NCBI GenBank assembly: GCA_047947115.1
Contig: CP170459.1
Location: 4,416,001-4,480,000 of the forward strand
DNA length: 64,000 nucleotides
Source: Verrucomicrobiota bacterium
GTDB taxonomy: Bacteria > Verrucomicrobiota > Verrucomicrobiia > Limisphaerales > AAA164-E04
Direction of reading: 5' to 3'
The position numbers were made by a program, and so were the translations under genes. The notes beneath the pieces were generated by a model that searched no databases, was not told the origin of the DNA, and saw only the letters and a program-made list of their open reading frames with translations. Positions 41,301 to 49,893 of this stretch are shown piece after piece. Position 1 is the stretch's first letter. Every line of letters begins with the position of its first letter.

Positions 41301-41788
41301 CCTTCGGACAAAATGGAATGCTGCGTCACGGTCTGTCCCCATCCATAAGACACATTCCTGTGTTGCTGCGGATATTGATCGTAGGTATGAACGATGGTTT
41401 GTCCGTCAGAGTGGATCAATGCGAGGTATTCGCCATCGGCGTCCAGGCTGAAATTGGTGTGATAGGGTTGACCGGGATTCCGTCGATCCTTACCGGAAGC
41501 CCAAACAAGCAGCAATCCCTTGGCCGGGAGTGTTACAGAGGGAAAACGCCACTCATTCAAATCATCGGCATTGTTGCTCAGGTACCACCCTGTCAAATCG
41601 ACAGATTCAATACCCGTATTATAAATCTCCAACCAATCCGAACTATCTCCGTCTTCATCGAGAATCGTGTTACCATTACTGGCCATGAATTCAGAAATAA
41701 TGACGTCTCCCGAAAGATGGTTACCCGAGATCAATCCAGCCCCGATCAACCCGACTAACAGGCATCCTTTAATTCCTTCTGTAAGCAT
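35324..41788 (-). CDS. Giant secreted protein: lamin-tail domains, PA14, Fn3-like/chitobiase C-terminal, CotH kinase-like and PKD-like domains (2154 aa)
   Basis: Four I(S/T/N)E-type LTD starts, NSDDGF PA14, IRYTLDG.EP, IRGGFSR/HLYING.YWGLY..ER CotH motifs, W..V.GPG repeats and DPDNDG. Confidence 0.88.
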   Translation of the reverse strand: MLTEGIKGCLLVGLIGAGLISGNHLSGDVIISEFMASNGNTILDEDGDSSDWLEIYNTGIESVDLTGWYLSNNADDLNEWRFPSVTLPAKGLLLVWASGKDRRNPGQPYHTNFSLDADGEYLALIHSDGQTIVHTYDQYPQQHRNVSYGWGQTVTQHSILSEGAALRYRVADSGVDAGVWAQNDFSDTHWEAGTLSIGYQASVPGFWVRNIQARTTVDHLDTAEQLLNSPPLQGEEVSVFSPVINFFDTGGSGHFGENAAFPGMTIGQNAEDFVVEVTGNVVIPQSGVWTFGVNSDDGFRLEIAGQTFSFPAPRAAADTLGLVSVSDPGTYPMKLLFYERGGGATLEFFAAKGRLRSFSAGDFKLVGDVQNGGLEVWSTPSPSGNVSNAFIQTDLLSSMYEKHGAFCARIPFQATQIGELDSLTMRIRYNDGFVAFLNGVEVARRHVADNAAWDDLAVRENASDEWERIELSGSMQHLREGNNLLAIQVFNAAIDDSSAFLDVVLDEFEVESGSLHYFSTATPGALNAAGSLAFVGDTKFSQDRGFYAEPFSLIISTDTTEADIRYTLDGTEPSLNNGMSYSEPLRIDKTTTVRARAFREGYEPSNTDTQTYFFLEDIIHQASDGRAPEGWPARWGSNTVDYGMDPDVVDNRLYRDTIIDDLKTIPSFSIVMDLDDMFGSSGIYSNPSQDGRDWERPCSVELIHPDGKKGFQINAGIRIRGGFSRSTNNPKHAFRLFFRSEYGDSKLNYPVFGEDANQSFDAFDLRTFQNYSWSFQGDSRGIFMRDQFNRDLQLAMGHNAERGDYAHLYINGMYWGLYNTAERPEASYGEAYYGGEKEDYDVIKVEAGPYTINATDGNLDAWQELWQAVRGGLASDADYQRVQGNNPDGSRNPDYPVLVDVPNLIDYMLIILYGGNLDAPISNFLGNNRPNNFYSLRNRNGDVGFQHFVHDAEHTLLNVNENRTGPYPAGSTFQYFNPQYLWQELQKNAEFRMKVSDHIHKHMFNAGVLTPETATALFMKRKEEIDRAVVAESARWGDSKRAQPFTRDNAWINTIDSVRDTFIARRTSVLLNQLRQDNLYPDVDAPGLNQFGGVVPEGHSLVLNAGNASTIYFTLNGVDPRRMGGGISPEARMYQGPLNVGEHLHLMARGYRNGVWSALTEMDFIVGREFNELLLTEIMYHPISNDLAVDGDVYEFVELRNMADESLDLSGVAFTDGIRFTFPNGTVLEPGEFAVLVHDAESFARRYPSVTIAGQYSGSLNNAGERLTLSHASGKEIRSFTFDDELPWPFTADGSGFSIVPVVSDDVMQDQGDGTLWRASSQLGGSPGREDVDANIPAVVINELLAHTDPPLVDSVELFNPTDQPADLGGWFITDDRREPEKYQFPAGTGIPSGGYLVVDEHSFNPSPGVAPSFTFSSFGESVYLFSADVNGVLTGYSHGFEFEASENGVSYGRYLTSTGQAQYPPQRSLTFGAANSGPLVGPVVINEIYYKSDGSAPEFVELKNVSAQEVPLFDPEHQENTWRLDGIGFVFPPDISLAPGALLLIAGSEPDVFRSSFAVPADVQVLGPFEGNLQDNGERLKLQRPDEPDVTPEGVIVSMITVDEVRYRASSPWPEIALTPGASVERIESLEYGNDPINWRSSLLQPSPGVENDGNRAPVVFAGEDQSLVFSTLPAYFVLKGVMQDDGLPRDSGQVTVEWKQIEGPGQIYFGDPGSISTMAELPGVGTWTVELTASDGLLRSSSSLQLTVERPAETGTLVQAGSTWNYFDRGTPLPDTWVDLSFDDRAWESGPAQLGYGDGDEQTQLSFGGNAGDKIITYYFRKTFEVNQPSSVRSMILRLIRDDGALVYLNGKEVFRQNLPDGALTPQTFASGVAGGADEGTFYETSVSPSLLVSGMNQLAVEVHQANASSSDVSFDLKLNAVLIPENTAPVIRLGSLATGLDQMPVKLSGLWRDDGLPISPGITTVQWRLVSGPGEVDFENDQTLPATATFSKPGLYVLAVDVFDGELTTTEEMPADIRDGSMALKYDAWLSHYFSDTDMENPHLISPNSDPDNDGHTNQQEFEAGTHPRQANSVTRIVELSVDDALRLHLTVSTVSGREYALEMSESLTEAEWKMLETVRADGGQVVFDVSDFQSVGKAFYRIQVLQQDED

Positions 41789-41844
41789 GAACCATAATCA
41801 GCAAAATTCGGGCCATTTTACAAAAGGAAGACAATCGTGAGTGA

Positions 41845-42825
41845 TCAATCCTCCATTTTGGCTTCCCTATTCAAAAGATCCTCAACAGCAACACGTACCG
41901 GCTTACCCTGGTGAAGCATGGCATGCACTTCATTGATGATCGGGACATCCACTCCACATTTCTCAGCCAACTGCCAAGCGGATCTTGATGTAGCATAACC
42001 CTCTACAACCGAAACAGTAGCACCAATCAGAGCCTTCACATCCTCCCCCGCCCCGACCTTTTCGCCGAAGGTTCGATTGCGACTCAGCTTGGAAAAACAG
42101 GTCACCACCAAATCCCCCAGACCGCTCAAACCGCTGAATGTCTCTGGCTTGGCCCCACAATGCACCCCAAGCCTTCGGATCTCGGCAATACCACGCGTCA
42201 CCAAGGCGGCTTTGGAATTGTCCCCAAAGCCCAGCCCCTCACAAATCCCCGCGGCAATGGCAATGACATTTTTCAAAGCACCGCCAAATTCCACCCCAAC
42301 AGGATCCGAAGAGGTATAAACACGAAAATGGGAACGATGGAACAGAGCCTGAACGTGTTCGGCGTCGCTCACACATTCGGAGGCGGCAACGATGGCGGTT
42401 GGCATACCAGAGGCAACCTCCGCCGCCAAAGTAGGTCCGGAAAGCGCAACGACCTTCGATGCCGGTATGGCGTCCGCCAGCACTTCGGTCATGGTTTTTC
42501 CGGATTCAAACTCAATCCCCTTGGTCACACTGACTACAACCCCCTCAAACGACGCAACTTGCTCGGCAACTGGACGAAAACCACCCGAAGGAACAGCCAT
42601 CACCAACGCATCCTGCCCCGATGCCGCAACGCTCAAATCGGAAGTCAAATCCCAATCACAACCCAGAGGGATGCCGGGAAGGTACCGGGTATTTTCACCT
42701 GATGTTTTGATTTGCTCCAGGAGAGCAGGGTTTCTTCCCCACATCGTAACATGATGCCCGTTATCATGCAGCACTTTACCAAGAGCACACCCCCATGCTC
42801 CTGCTCCAAGCACGCCCAAATTCAT
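41845..42825 (-). CDS. gpsA: NAD(P)H-dependent glycerol-3-phosphate dehydrogenase
   Basis: GAGAWG, TKGIE, LSGP, GALKNVIAI, GLGDL and SRNR; ATGA overlap with plsY. Confidence 0.95.
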   Translation of the reverse strand: MNLGVLGAGAWGCALGKVLHDNGHHVTMWGRNPALLEQIKTSGENTRYLPGIPLGCDWDLTSDLSVAASGQDALVMAVPSGGFRPVAEQVASFEGVVVSVTKGIEFESGKTMTEVLADAIPASKVVALSGPTLAAEVASGMPTAIVAASECVSDAEHVQALFHRSHFRVYTSSDPVGVEFGGALKNVIAIAAGICEGLGFGDNSKAALVTRGIAEIRRLGVHCGAKPETFSGLSGLGDLVVTCFSKLSRNRTFGEKVGAGEDVKALIGATVSVVEGYATSRSAWQLAEKCGVDVPIINEVHAMLHQGKPVRVAVEDLLNREAKMED

Positions 42826-43448
42826 GAGGACACCTTCCCTTTCCCAGGCTTTTTCTGCCCGATTTTGGATTCCGTCCCTTGCAGGATTCGCTGGATATTC
42901 GCACGGTGTTTTACGATCGCCAGCAGTGACATGAGGATGCATACCCCCAGAATCGGGCCGGGTTCCTGTCGATACCAAACAACCACAGGAAGAGCCACAG
43001 CCGCCATGATCGATCCAAGGGAAACCATCCTGCTGATACCAAGAAAAACCAGAAAAGAAGTCAACGCCCCCAAAAAGCCCCAAGGCGTCAATGCAACCAG
43101 GACCCCAGCTGAGGTGGCGATGCCTTTGCCACCTCTAAAACGCAACCAAGGGGTGTAATTGTGCCCCAACACACTCGCAAACCCACCCACGATCAAAATC
43201 CAAATGGGATTTCCACCGGATGCCCCCATCAACCACAAGCCACCCTTGCATCCAATCCACCCCTTCAGTCCGTCGATGAACAAAACAGTCACCCCCTCCT
43301 TCCATCCCAATATGCGAAACACGTTGGTAGCACCAATGTTACCACTCCCTTGCGCTCGAATATCCATACCGCGTCGCTTTGCTGCGAGGTAGCCCGTGGG
43401 TAATGACCCGGCCAAATACCCGAATACGATGGCGAAAAAATAAATCAT
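42822..43448 (-). CDS. plsY: Glycerol-3-phosphate acyltransferase
   Basis: GSGNIGATN, GH, F.GGKGIAT and HRANI.R. Confidence 0.95.
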   Translation of the reverse strand: MIYFFAIVFGYLAGSLPTGYLAAKRRGMDIRAQGSGNIGATNVFRILGWKEGVTVLFIDGLKGWIGCKGGLWLMGASGGNPIWILIVGGFASVLGHNYTPWLRFRGGKGIATSAGVLVALTPWGFLGALTSFLVFLGISRMVSLGSIMAAVALPVVVWYRQEPGPILGVCILMSLLAIVKHRANIQRILQGTESKIGQKKPGKGKVSS

Positions 43449-43596
43449 AATGATGTGGTTTTATGGGTTGCATGCTGCCTTGGTTCGGGCGAACACATCA
43501 AGAGGCAATTCATTCAGTTGTTGGGAGATTGACAGGAAGCTTCTCCCAAGCCTACTGAAATGGGAACAAGTGAATCAGAGATCAACGGACAAAACA

Positions 43597-43779
43597 ATGA
43601 GCCAGGACAACACATCACCCGAATCCAAACCAAAGGCAACGCAGACTTCCGGACAGGACGGAACCACCCCGAGTTCCCCCTCCCCAGCAGCCGAGAAAGA
43701 AACCTTGAGCAAGGAAGAACAAATGGCTCGTTTCGAGGAGGCTTTGAAGGATGAAGACTGGGGACACCAGCCTTGCTGA
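43597..43779 (+). CDS. Small protein (60 aa) ending EEQMARFEEALKDEDWGHQPC
   Basis: Disordered N-terminus and helical C-terminus; TTGACA upstream. I recall the DWGHQPC ending from verrucomicrobial small ORFs (unverified). Confidence 0.65.
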   Translation: MSQDNTSPESKPKATQTSGQDGTTPSSPSPAAEKETLSKEEQMARFEEALKDEDWGHQPC

Positions 43780-44000
43780 TTGCGTGTAAGGTTTCATCTG
43801 AAAAATTATCATGATCCTGCGCAGCTGAAAATCACCTCTGGCACCTCGCGGACACATGTCCCTCCTCATGAGGTCAAGGAGCACTCATCCAATAAATCAG
43901 ACGTCAAGAAGCCGTCAGCATAACACTGGCGATATCCGATTCCGCAGGCATCGGGAAACGGGATGAAATCTGTCTCCATAAAATAAACCGCTTCGTAACC

Positions 44001-44029
44001 TTGACTCGAAAGGGCCGCGTTCCTAAATT
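44001..44029 (+). promoter_or_regulatory. Sigma70 promoter of tig
   Basis: TTGACT-17-TAAATT. Confidence 0.65.
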
Positions 44030-44130
44030 ACCCGGCTCACGTGTCGTGGAATCGGCACGCATCCGGCAGTATGGAACTTGATGCCGTTGAGAGGCTAGAT
44101 ACTGGCGAACATAAGCAAAGGATTTGAAGA

Positions 44131-45471
44131 GTGAATATAGCGATAGAAAATCTGGGTCCCTGTAAACAACTTATTCGGGTGGACGTGCCCGAGGACAAAG
44201 TCAAGGAAGCGATGGATTCCACCACCAAGGAATTCACGAAATACGCGAACCTTCCAGGTTTCCGCGCCGGCAAGGCCCCGAAACATATGGTCCTCAAATC
44301 GTACGGAGACCGCATCGAACAGGAAGTCCGCCGCGAGCTGGTCAATGAGGGCTACAAAAAGGCCATCAAGGATAACGACATGCATATTGTTGGCAATCCG
44401 GATGTGGAAGAAATCCAGTTCGGCAACGGACTCCCTTTCCAGTTTGCCATCACAGTCGAAACCGCACCGGATTTCGAAATCCCCGAATACAAAGGGATCA
44501 AGATCAAAAAGGAAATGCGCTCAGTAACAGAAGAAGACGTGGATCATGCGATGGGCGTGCTACAGGACCGCCAATCCAAATTTGAAAACGTCGAACGTGA
44601 AATCGCCGAGAACGACTATGCCGTCATCGATTACACCGGTCAATGTGAGGGAAAACCCATCACAGAGATCGCTCCGAAGGCCACCAGCCTGGAAAAAAAG
44701 GAAAATTTCTGGCTGCACGTTCATGACGGACATTTTATCAAGGGATTCCCAGAACAGCTGGTAGGGCTTAAGGCGGGCGACAAGAAGGAAATCTCGGTCA
44801 CCATTCCCGAAGATTTCGTCATCAAGGAATTGGCGACCAAAGAAGCGACTTTCTCTGTTGAAGTGAAGGAAGTGAAGGTCAAGCAGTTGCCGGAGATTGA
44901 TGATGAATTTGCCAAGCAGTTCGGTGCGGAAGATGTCGAGTCGTTACGCGAAGGAGTTGAGAACGATCTTGAGAACGAACTGAAAACAAGCCAGAAACGT
45001 TCGGCGCGCGATCAACTGGTCCAATACCTGTTGAACAGCGTTCACTGCGAACTGCCCGAGTCCATCGTTGATCAGGAAACCAAAAACGTGGTCTACGATC
45101 TTGTTCGCGAAAACCAGCAACGCGGGGTCGCCAAGGAAACCATTGATGAAAAGAAGGATGAAATCTACACAGCGGCCTCACGCAGCGCAAAAGACCGCGT
45201 CAAAGTAGCCTTCATCATTGGTCGTATCGCCGCCAAGGAAAACGTCAAGGTCAGTAACGAAGAAATCAATCAGCGTATCGTTTACATGGCGCATTCTTAC
45301 AACATGCCGCCTGAGAAACTTGCCAAAAGATTGAAAGACCGTGGCGGTATCGCTGAAATTCAGGAACAAATCCTGACTTCCAAGGTGCTGGATCTTCTGG
45401 AACTTCAGGCAGAGGTGGAAGACGTCCTCCCTCAGCCGAAAGAGGAAGAACAACATCATCATCACGACTGA
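44131..45471 (+). CDS. tig: Trigger factor
   Basis: PGFRAGKAP signature and FKBP-like domain. Confidence 0.96.
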   Translation: MNIAIENLGPCKQLIRVDVPEDKVKEAMDSTTKEFTKYANLPGFRAGKAPKHMVLKSYGDRIEQEVRRELVNEGYKKAIKDNDMHIVGNPDVEEIQFGNGLPFQFAITVETAPDFEIPEYKGIKIKKEMRSVTEEDVDHAMGVLQDRQSKFENVEREIAENDYAVIDYTGQCEGKPITEIAPKATSLEKKENFWLHVHDGHFIKGFPEQLVGLKAGDKKEISVTIPEDFVIKELATKEATFSVEVKEVKVKQLPEIDDEFAKQFGAEDVESLREGVENDLENELKTSQKRSARDQLVQYLLNSVHCELPESIVDQETKNVVYDLVRENQQRGVAKETIDEKKDEIYTAASRSAKDRVKVAFIIGRIAAKENVKVSNEEINQRIVYMAHSYNMPPEKLAKRLKDRGGIAEIQEQILTSKVLDLLELQAEVEDVLPQPKEEEQHHHHD

Positions 45472-45503
45472 TCTTATAACATTTTAACGCGTCACAACGC
45501 ATC

Positions 45504-45537
45504 AACAGCCCGGACCATGGTTCGGGCTGTTTTTTTT
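45504..45537 (+). terminator. Rho-independent terminator after tig
   Basis: AACAGCCCGGACC-at-GGTTCGGGCTGTT followed by a T run. Confidence 0.9.
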
Positions 45538-45662
45538 ATAGTTTAAAACACCCGTTGCAGGCGTCATTTTCCTGTCATTACCAGTTTCCTGGCGTATGGC
45601 GCATTCCTGTTCCAGCACTTCTGCGTGCCGTGAACATTGATCCCTCAGCTCACATTTTCGTT

Positions 45663-47099
45663 CTAAGCGATGATGTCGTGACAGACCGAACCACTGACAT
45701 CCGTCAGTCTAAAATCTCTTCCAGAGTATCGATAAGTCAATTGCTCGTGATCAAGCCCCATCAAGTATAGCAGAGTTGCGTGCAGATCATGAACATGCAT
45801 GGGGTTCTCGGTGGCGACCATACCGAGTTCATCAGAGTTTCCATAGGTCATACCTCCTTTGACCCCTCCTCCCGCCAGGAGCATGGAGAAAGCAGTGTGA
45901 TGATGATCCCGTCCCGCAGGCTTTTTATCATCATCGCGCGTTTCAGAGTAAGGCGTGCGACCAAATTCACCGCCCCATATCACCAGAGTGTCTTCCAACA
46001 ACCCACGCTGTTTCAAATCCTTGATCAACGCGGCCGTCGCCCGATCACTGTCCGCACACAGTCTGGTGTGCCCCTCGTTGTGGTTGGTATGCGTATCCCA
46101 AGGTTGATTGCCCTTGTTGGTGTAGTAGACAGTTACACAACGCACACCGGACTCCACCAATCGCCGGGCCATCAGGCAGGATTGCGCAAAGGTTGAATCT
46201 CCATACATTTCACGCGTGGCCGTAGTCTCTTTTTCCAGATCCAATGTTTCGAAAGCCTGCATCTGCATGCGGTAGGCCGTTTCCATGGATTTGATCTGAG
46301 CATCCAATTCGGAATCCCCCGCCCTGGATGCAAGGTGTTTTTGATTCAATGCCTGCACCAAATCCAACTGTTCACGCTGCTCCTTGAGCGAATACCTTGG
46401 ATTGCGGATATGCCGGATCAATTGATCAATTTTCAGATCCGAGGTCAGGATGCTGGTTGCCTGGTATTTTGCCGGTAAGAAGCTGTTGGACCAAAGTGCC
46501 GGTCCCACCACAATGTTGGGGCTGGGTCTCAGAACCACATAGCCGGGCAGGTTTTGATTTTCTGTTCCCAATCCGTAGAGCAACCAGGACCCAAAAGCAG
46601 GGCGAACCGGTTGAATATTCCCCGTATGCATCTGCAGCAAGGCAGGTTCGTGATTGGGCACATCGGTGTGCATGGACCGCAGGATGCAGCACTCATCAAT
46701 GACATCTGCCAGTTTCGGCAACGATTCGCTCACCTGAATACCACTCTGTCCATGGCGTGAGAATTTGAAAGGTGACGGCATGAAACCCGACGTCTTGGGT
46801 TTCTTGTAAAGATCGCCGCTGGGTTGACTGCCTTCATGCCTCGCCAGAGCTGGCTTGGGATCGAATGTATCAATATGGGACGGCCCACCGTTCATGAACA
46901 AAAAGATCACTCGCTTGGCCTTCGGTTTGATCAAGGCATGCTTGAGGGCCGGGGTTGACGTAATATCCGCATGGGCTTTCTGCCCGAACATGCCAAGCAA
47001 ACCCAGCATTCCAAAACCTGTGGCTGTCTGCTCCAACATGGCGCGTCTGGACAATGGAGCATTCATTCCGCGTGCATCAATCGGTGGGAAAGGTGTCAT
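45663..47099 (-). CDS. DUF1501 family protein (Tat signal)
   Basis: SRRAML, GGPSHIDTFDPKP, ARRLVESGV, WDTH, WGGEFGRTP and GRDH. Confidence 0.92.
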   Translation of the reverse strand: MTPFPPIDARGMNAPLSRRAMLEQTATGFGMLGLLGMFGQKAHADITSTPALKHALIKPKAKRVIFLFMNGGPSHIDTFDPKPALARHEGSQPSGDLYKKPKTSGFMPSPFKFSRHGQSGIQVSESLPKLADVIDECCILRSMHTDVPNHEPALLQMHTGNIQPVRPAFGSWLLYGLGTENQNLPGYVVLRPSPNIVVGPALWSNSFLPAKYQATSILTSDLKIDQLIRHIRNPRYSLKEQREQLDLVQALNQKHLASRAGDSELDAQIKSMETAYRMQMQAFETLDLEKETTATREMYGDSTFAQSCLMARRLVESGVRCVTVYYTNKGNQPWDTHTNHNEGHTRLCADSDRATAALIKDLKQRGLLEDTLVIWGGEFGRTPYSETRDDDKKPAGRDHHHTAFSMLLAGGGVKGGMTYGNSDELGMVATENPMHVHDLHATLLYLMGLDHEQLTYRYSGRDFRLTDVSGSVCHDIIA

Positions 47100-47102
47100 G
47101 AT

Positions 47103-48977
47103 TCAGTCGAGGTAAAGCATTTCATTGGAGATCATCAGAGCCTGAGCCAGCATCCCGAGACGCTTTTCATCGGCTGCACCATCAGGGGATGCCGCCAGGA
47201 AAGCGCCAGCCAAGGCGCGTTCCGAATCATCAGGACTTCTTGCGAACACCTCCTGGTACAATTGAAGGATCAGATCCTGCTCGGATTGCTGCAGATCGAG
47301 GCGTTTCAAAAGGGCATCGGATTGGTTCATCATGAACGGACTGTTCATGGCAAAAAGCTTCTGAAGTGGCGTGGTGGTGCTGCTTCGTGATGCGGCATGC
47401 ACATTGGCGTCCGGATAATCCATCTGGATTAGAAGATCATTCAACTTGAGCCTGCTGATCCGTGCATAGACAGTCCGACGCACATTGTTCGGATCGTCCA
47501 ATTCCAATGATGCACCTCCCTTTTGTTGCAGGGTTCCGGCAACCGCCAAAAGGGAATCCCGCCACATTTCCACCCCCATCCTCCTTCTGGACATGCGCGT
47601 CAGCCAACGATTATCGGGATCGCGAAGAACACTGTCCTTTTCAGAGAGGGAATCCTGACGATAGGTTGCTGAAAGAACGATTTCCCGCACCAGACGTTTG
47701 GTGGATCCTCCTTGATGTAAAAACCTGACCGCCAAATCATCCATCAATTCGGGATGTGAGGGTTTTTCTCCCAAAGCCCCAAAATTACTCAAGGTCGGCA
47801 CCAGTCCCTTGCCAAAATAGAGAGCCCAAATGCGGTTGACATAGACGCGAGCTGTCAGGGGATTATCGGGCGAAGCAATCTCTTCAGCCAGTTCCCGCCG
47901 GCCACTTTCTCGGGTGTCAAATGCTTCCGGAGCGCCTTGACTCAACCAGGATATAAAACGACGGGGCACCACCTCCCCTTTTTGATCCACATTACCGCGT
48001 TCAAAAACATGCAGATCCTCGACTTTGCCATCCTTGACAATGTGCGCCGTGAATCGATGGGCTTTCATATCTTCTTCGCTGACCTGGTCCGCCGGTTTGT
48101 CGTATGCCACATTGACCAGATCGGTGCTCGCAAACACTCCGGCCACCCCGTAGTAATCCTCCATCGTAATCGGATCGAATTTATGGTCATGACACCGGGC
48201 ACACCCCACGGTCAGCCCCTGAAACGTGCGCATCACCGTATCAACCTGATCCGCCCACTCCTCGGCTTTGACATCCAGCCTGCCACGGTTGTAGTACTTT
48301 GGCCCAAGACCAATAAACCCGGTGGCCACCAAATCATCATGTGACGTATCTTCATACAGATCGCCAGCCAACTGCAGTTTGATGAAATCAGGATAAGCAA
48401 GATCCCGATTAAACGCATCGATCACCCAACGGCGGTAATGGTAGGCGTTGGGATAAAAATGCTTGGTGTCACTACCAACCTGATGTGCCTGATCCTCTGC
48501 ATATCGAGCAAGGTTCAGCCACATGCTCGCCATGCGCTCACCAAAACGTGGTGATTCCAGTAGCCGATCCACTCGTTGTTCATAAGCATCTGGAGCGGTA
48601 TCGTGGATAAAACCCTGCATTTCCTCAAAGGTTGGAGGCAAACCGGTCAAATCATAATAAAGTCGGCGCAACAATGTAGACCGGGAAGCCTCGGGAGCCG
48701 GATGGAGCCCATGGGCTTCCATAGTCGAAAGCACGTGGAAATCAATGGTCTGTCGCGGCCATGACTCGAGCTTCACCCTGGGACGCGTGGTTGCCTTAGG
48801 AGCCTGAACCGACCAAAAGTGATCGGCTTCCTGCCAATCAATGGCATCGGCCGACCGAACATGGGATGAACTTGCAAAGCCAAGGGTGAGCAAACTGAGC
48901 ACAACCCAGTTACGCCAAAGGAAGCCCGTAAACTCCAGACGGCACAATGAATATCGTATCAAGTTGAAAAAATGCAT
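47103..48977 (-). CDS. DUF1549/DUF1553 (PSCyt2/PSD1) protein without N-terminal cytochrome domain
   Basis: LLRR.YYDLTGLPP, CARCHDHKFDP, NPLTARV and PSHPEL. Confidence 0.92.
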   Translation of the reverse strand: MHFFNLIRYSLCRLEFTGFLWRNWVVLSLLTLGFASSSHVRSADAIDWQEADHFWSVQAPKATTRPRVKLESWPRQTIDFHVLSTMEAHGLHPAPEASRSTLLRRLYYDLTGLPPTFEEMQGFIHDTAPDAYEQRVDRLLESPRFGERMASMWLNLARYAEDQAHQVGSDTKHFYPNAYHYRRWVIDAFNRDLAYPDFIKLQLAGDLYEDTSHDDLVATGFIGLGPKYYNRGRLDVKAEEWADQVDTVMRTFQGLTVGCARCHDHKFDPITMEDYYGVAGVFASTDLVNVAYDKPADQVSEEDMKAHRFTAHIVKDGKVEDLHVFERGNVDQKGEVVPRRFISWLSQGAPEAFDTRESGRRELAEEIASPDNPLTARVYVNRIWALYFGKGLVPTLSNFGALGEKPSHPELMDDLAVRFLHQGGSTKRLVREIVLSATYRQDSLSEKDSVLRDPDNRWLTRMSRRRMGVEMWRDSLLAVAGTLQQKGGASLELDDPNNVRRTVYARISRLKLNDLLIQMDYPDANVHAASRSSTTTPLQKLFAMNSPFMMNQSDALLKRLDLQQSEQDLILQLYQEVFARSPDDSERALAGAFLAASPDGAADEKRLGMLAQALMISNEMLYLD

Positions 48978-49139
48978 ACCGGGTTTCAGGAGAGCATACT
49001 ACACCATTCCACCCTGACAAGAGTGGAATAGGCTGCAAATCCAAGAAGGATCAGCCCTGAATGTTCAATATTGACTAAGTCCAATCCAAGTTTAAACAGA
49101 AATTGGATTCCTCCCCTGTCTTCCGTTATCATTCACGCC

Positions 49140-49841
49140 GTGACTGGCACTCTCATCAATGCGGTTGCCATCGTTTTGGGCGGTGGATTGGCTATGGTTT
49201 CCCGCAGGGATCTCCCTGAATCCGTGCAGCAAAAGATCAAACTGGCTCTGGGTTGCCTAGCCATGGTGGTGGGCATGCATCTGATCTGGATCTCCACCCA
49301 CGGCGGACTGCTGAGGCATGGCAAACAAATTCTGCTGCTCTTCGCAGCCATCACGATCGGCAATATACTGGGCATGATCCTGGGCATTCAAAAGTCGTTG
49401 AACCGACTGGCGGAATACGCAAAGAAACAGTTTCAGAAACCGGATCAGGCCAATGGATTCAAATTGACGTCGGCGTTGTTTTGCCTGACTCCGTTTGCCG
49501 TCATAGGAGCCACGTTGGATGGCATATCCGGCAATTACAGCGCATTGTTGGTCAAAGCCATCATGGACGGAGTGGCGGCACATTCTTTTACAAGAATATT
49601 TGGAAAATCTGTCATCTTGTCTGCGATTCCAGTGCTTGCATTTCAAGGCAATCTTTCATTGTTTACTCACTGGTTGGGAGGTAACCACCTATCCACGCAC
49701 ATGATGGAAGGCATCACAGGAGCATGTGGCATCATGGTTTTCACCTCGCTTGTGCTGATAATGGGCATCGGCCGGCCACGTCTCGGAGATTACCTGCCAT
49801 CCATGATTTTGGCGGCTTTGTTGGCTCATTGGTTCTGGTAG
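49140..49841 (+). CDS. DUF554 family membrane protein
   Basis: GTLINAVAI, LFC, L..KAIMDG and SAIP...FQG. GTG start lies 7 nt after TATCAT. Confidence 0.85.
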   Translation: MTGTLINAVAIVLGGGLAMVSRRDLPESVQQKIKLALGCLAMVVGMHLIWISTHGGLLRHGKQILLLFAAITIGNILGMILGIQKSLNRLAEYAKKQFQKPDQANGFKLTSALFCLTPFAVIGATLDGISGNYSALLVKAIMDGVAAHSFTRIFGKSVILSAIPVLAFQGNLSLFTHWLGGNHLSTHMMEGITGACGIMVFTSLVLIMGIGRPRLGDYLPSMILAALLAHWFW

Positions 49842-49893
49842 AGCAGAGTCACACCACAGTACAAATCCGAACAATCAATCCAACCCTTGCTTC

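Noticed and set aside
43777..43923. Selenocysteine read-through: Cys-TGA followed by 47 open codons
   Set aside because: An open stretch of that length is plausible by chance, there is no convincing SECIS hairpin, and the extension has no motif.
44031..44100. tRNA gene upstream of tig
   Set aside because: GTGGAATCGG resembles a D-loop, but there is no TTCRA T-loop, acceptor stem or CCA.
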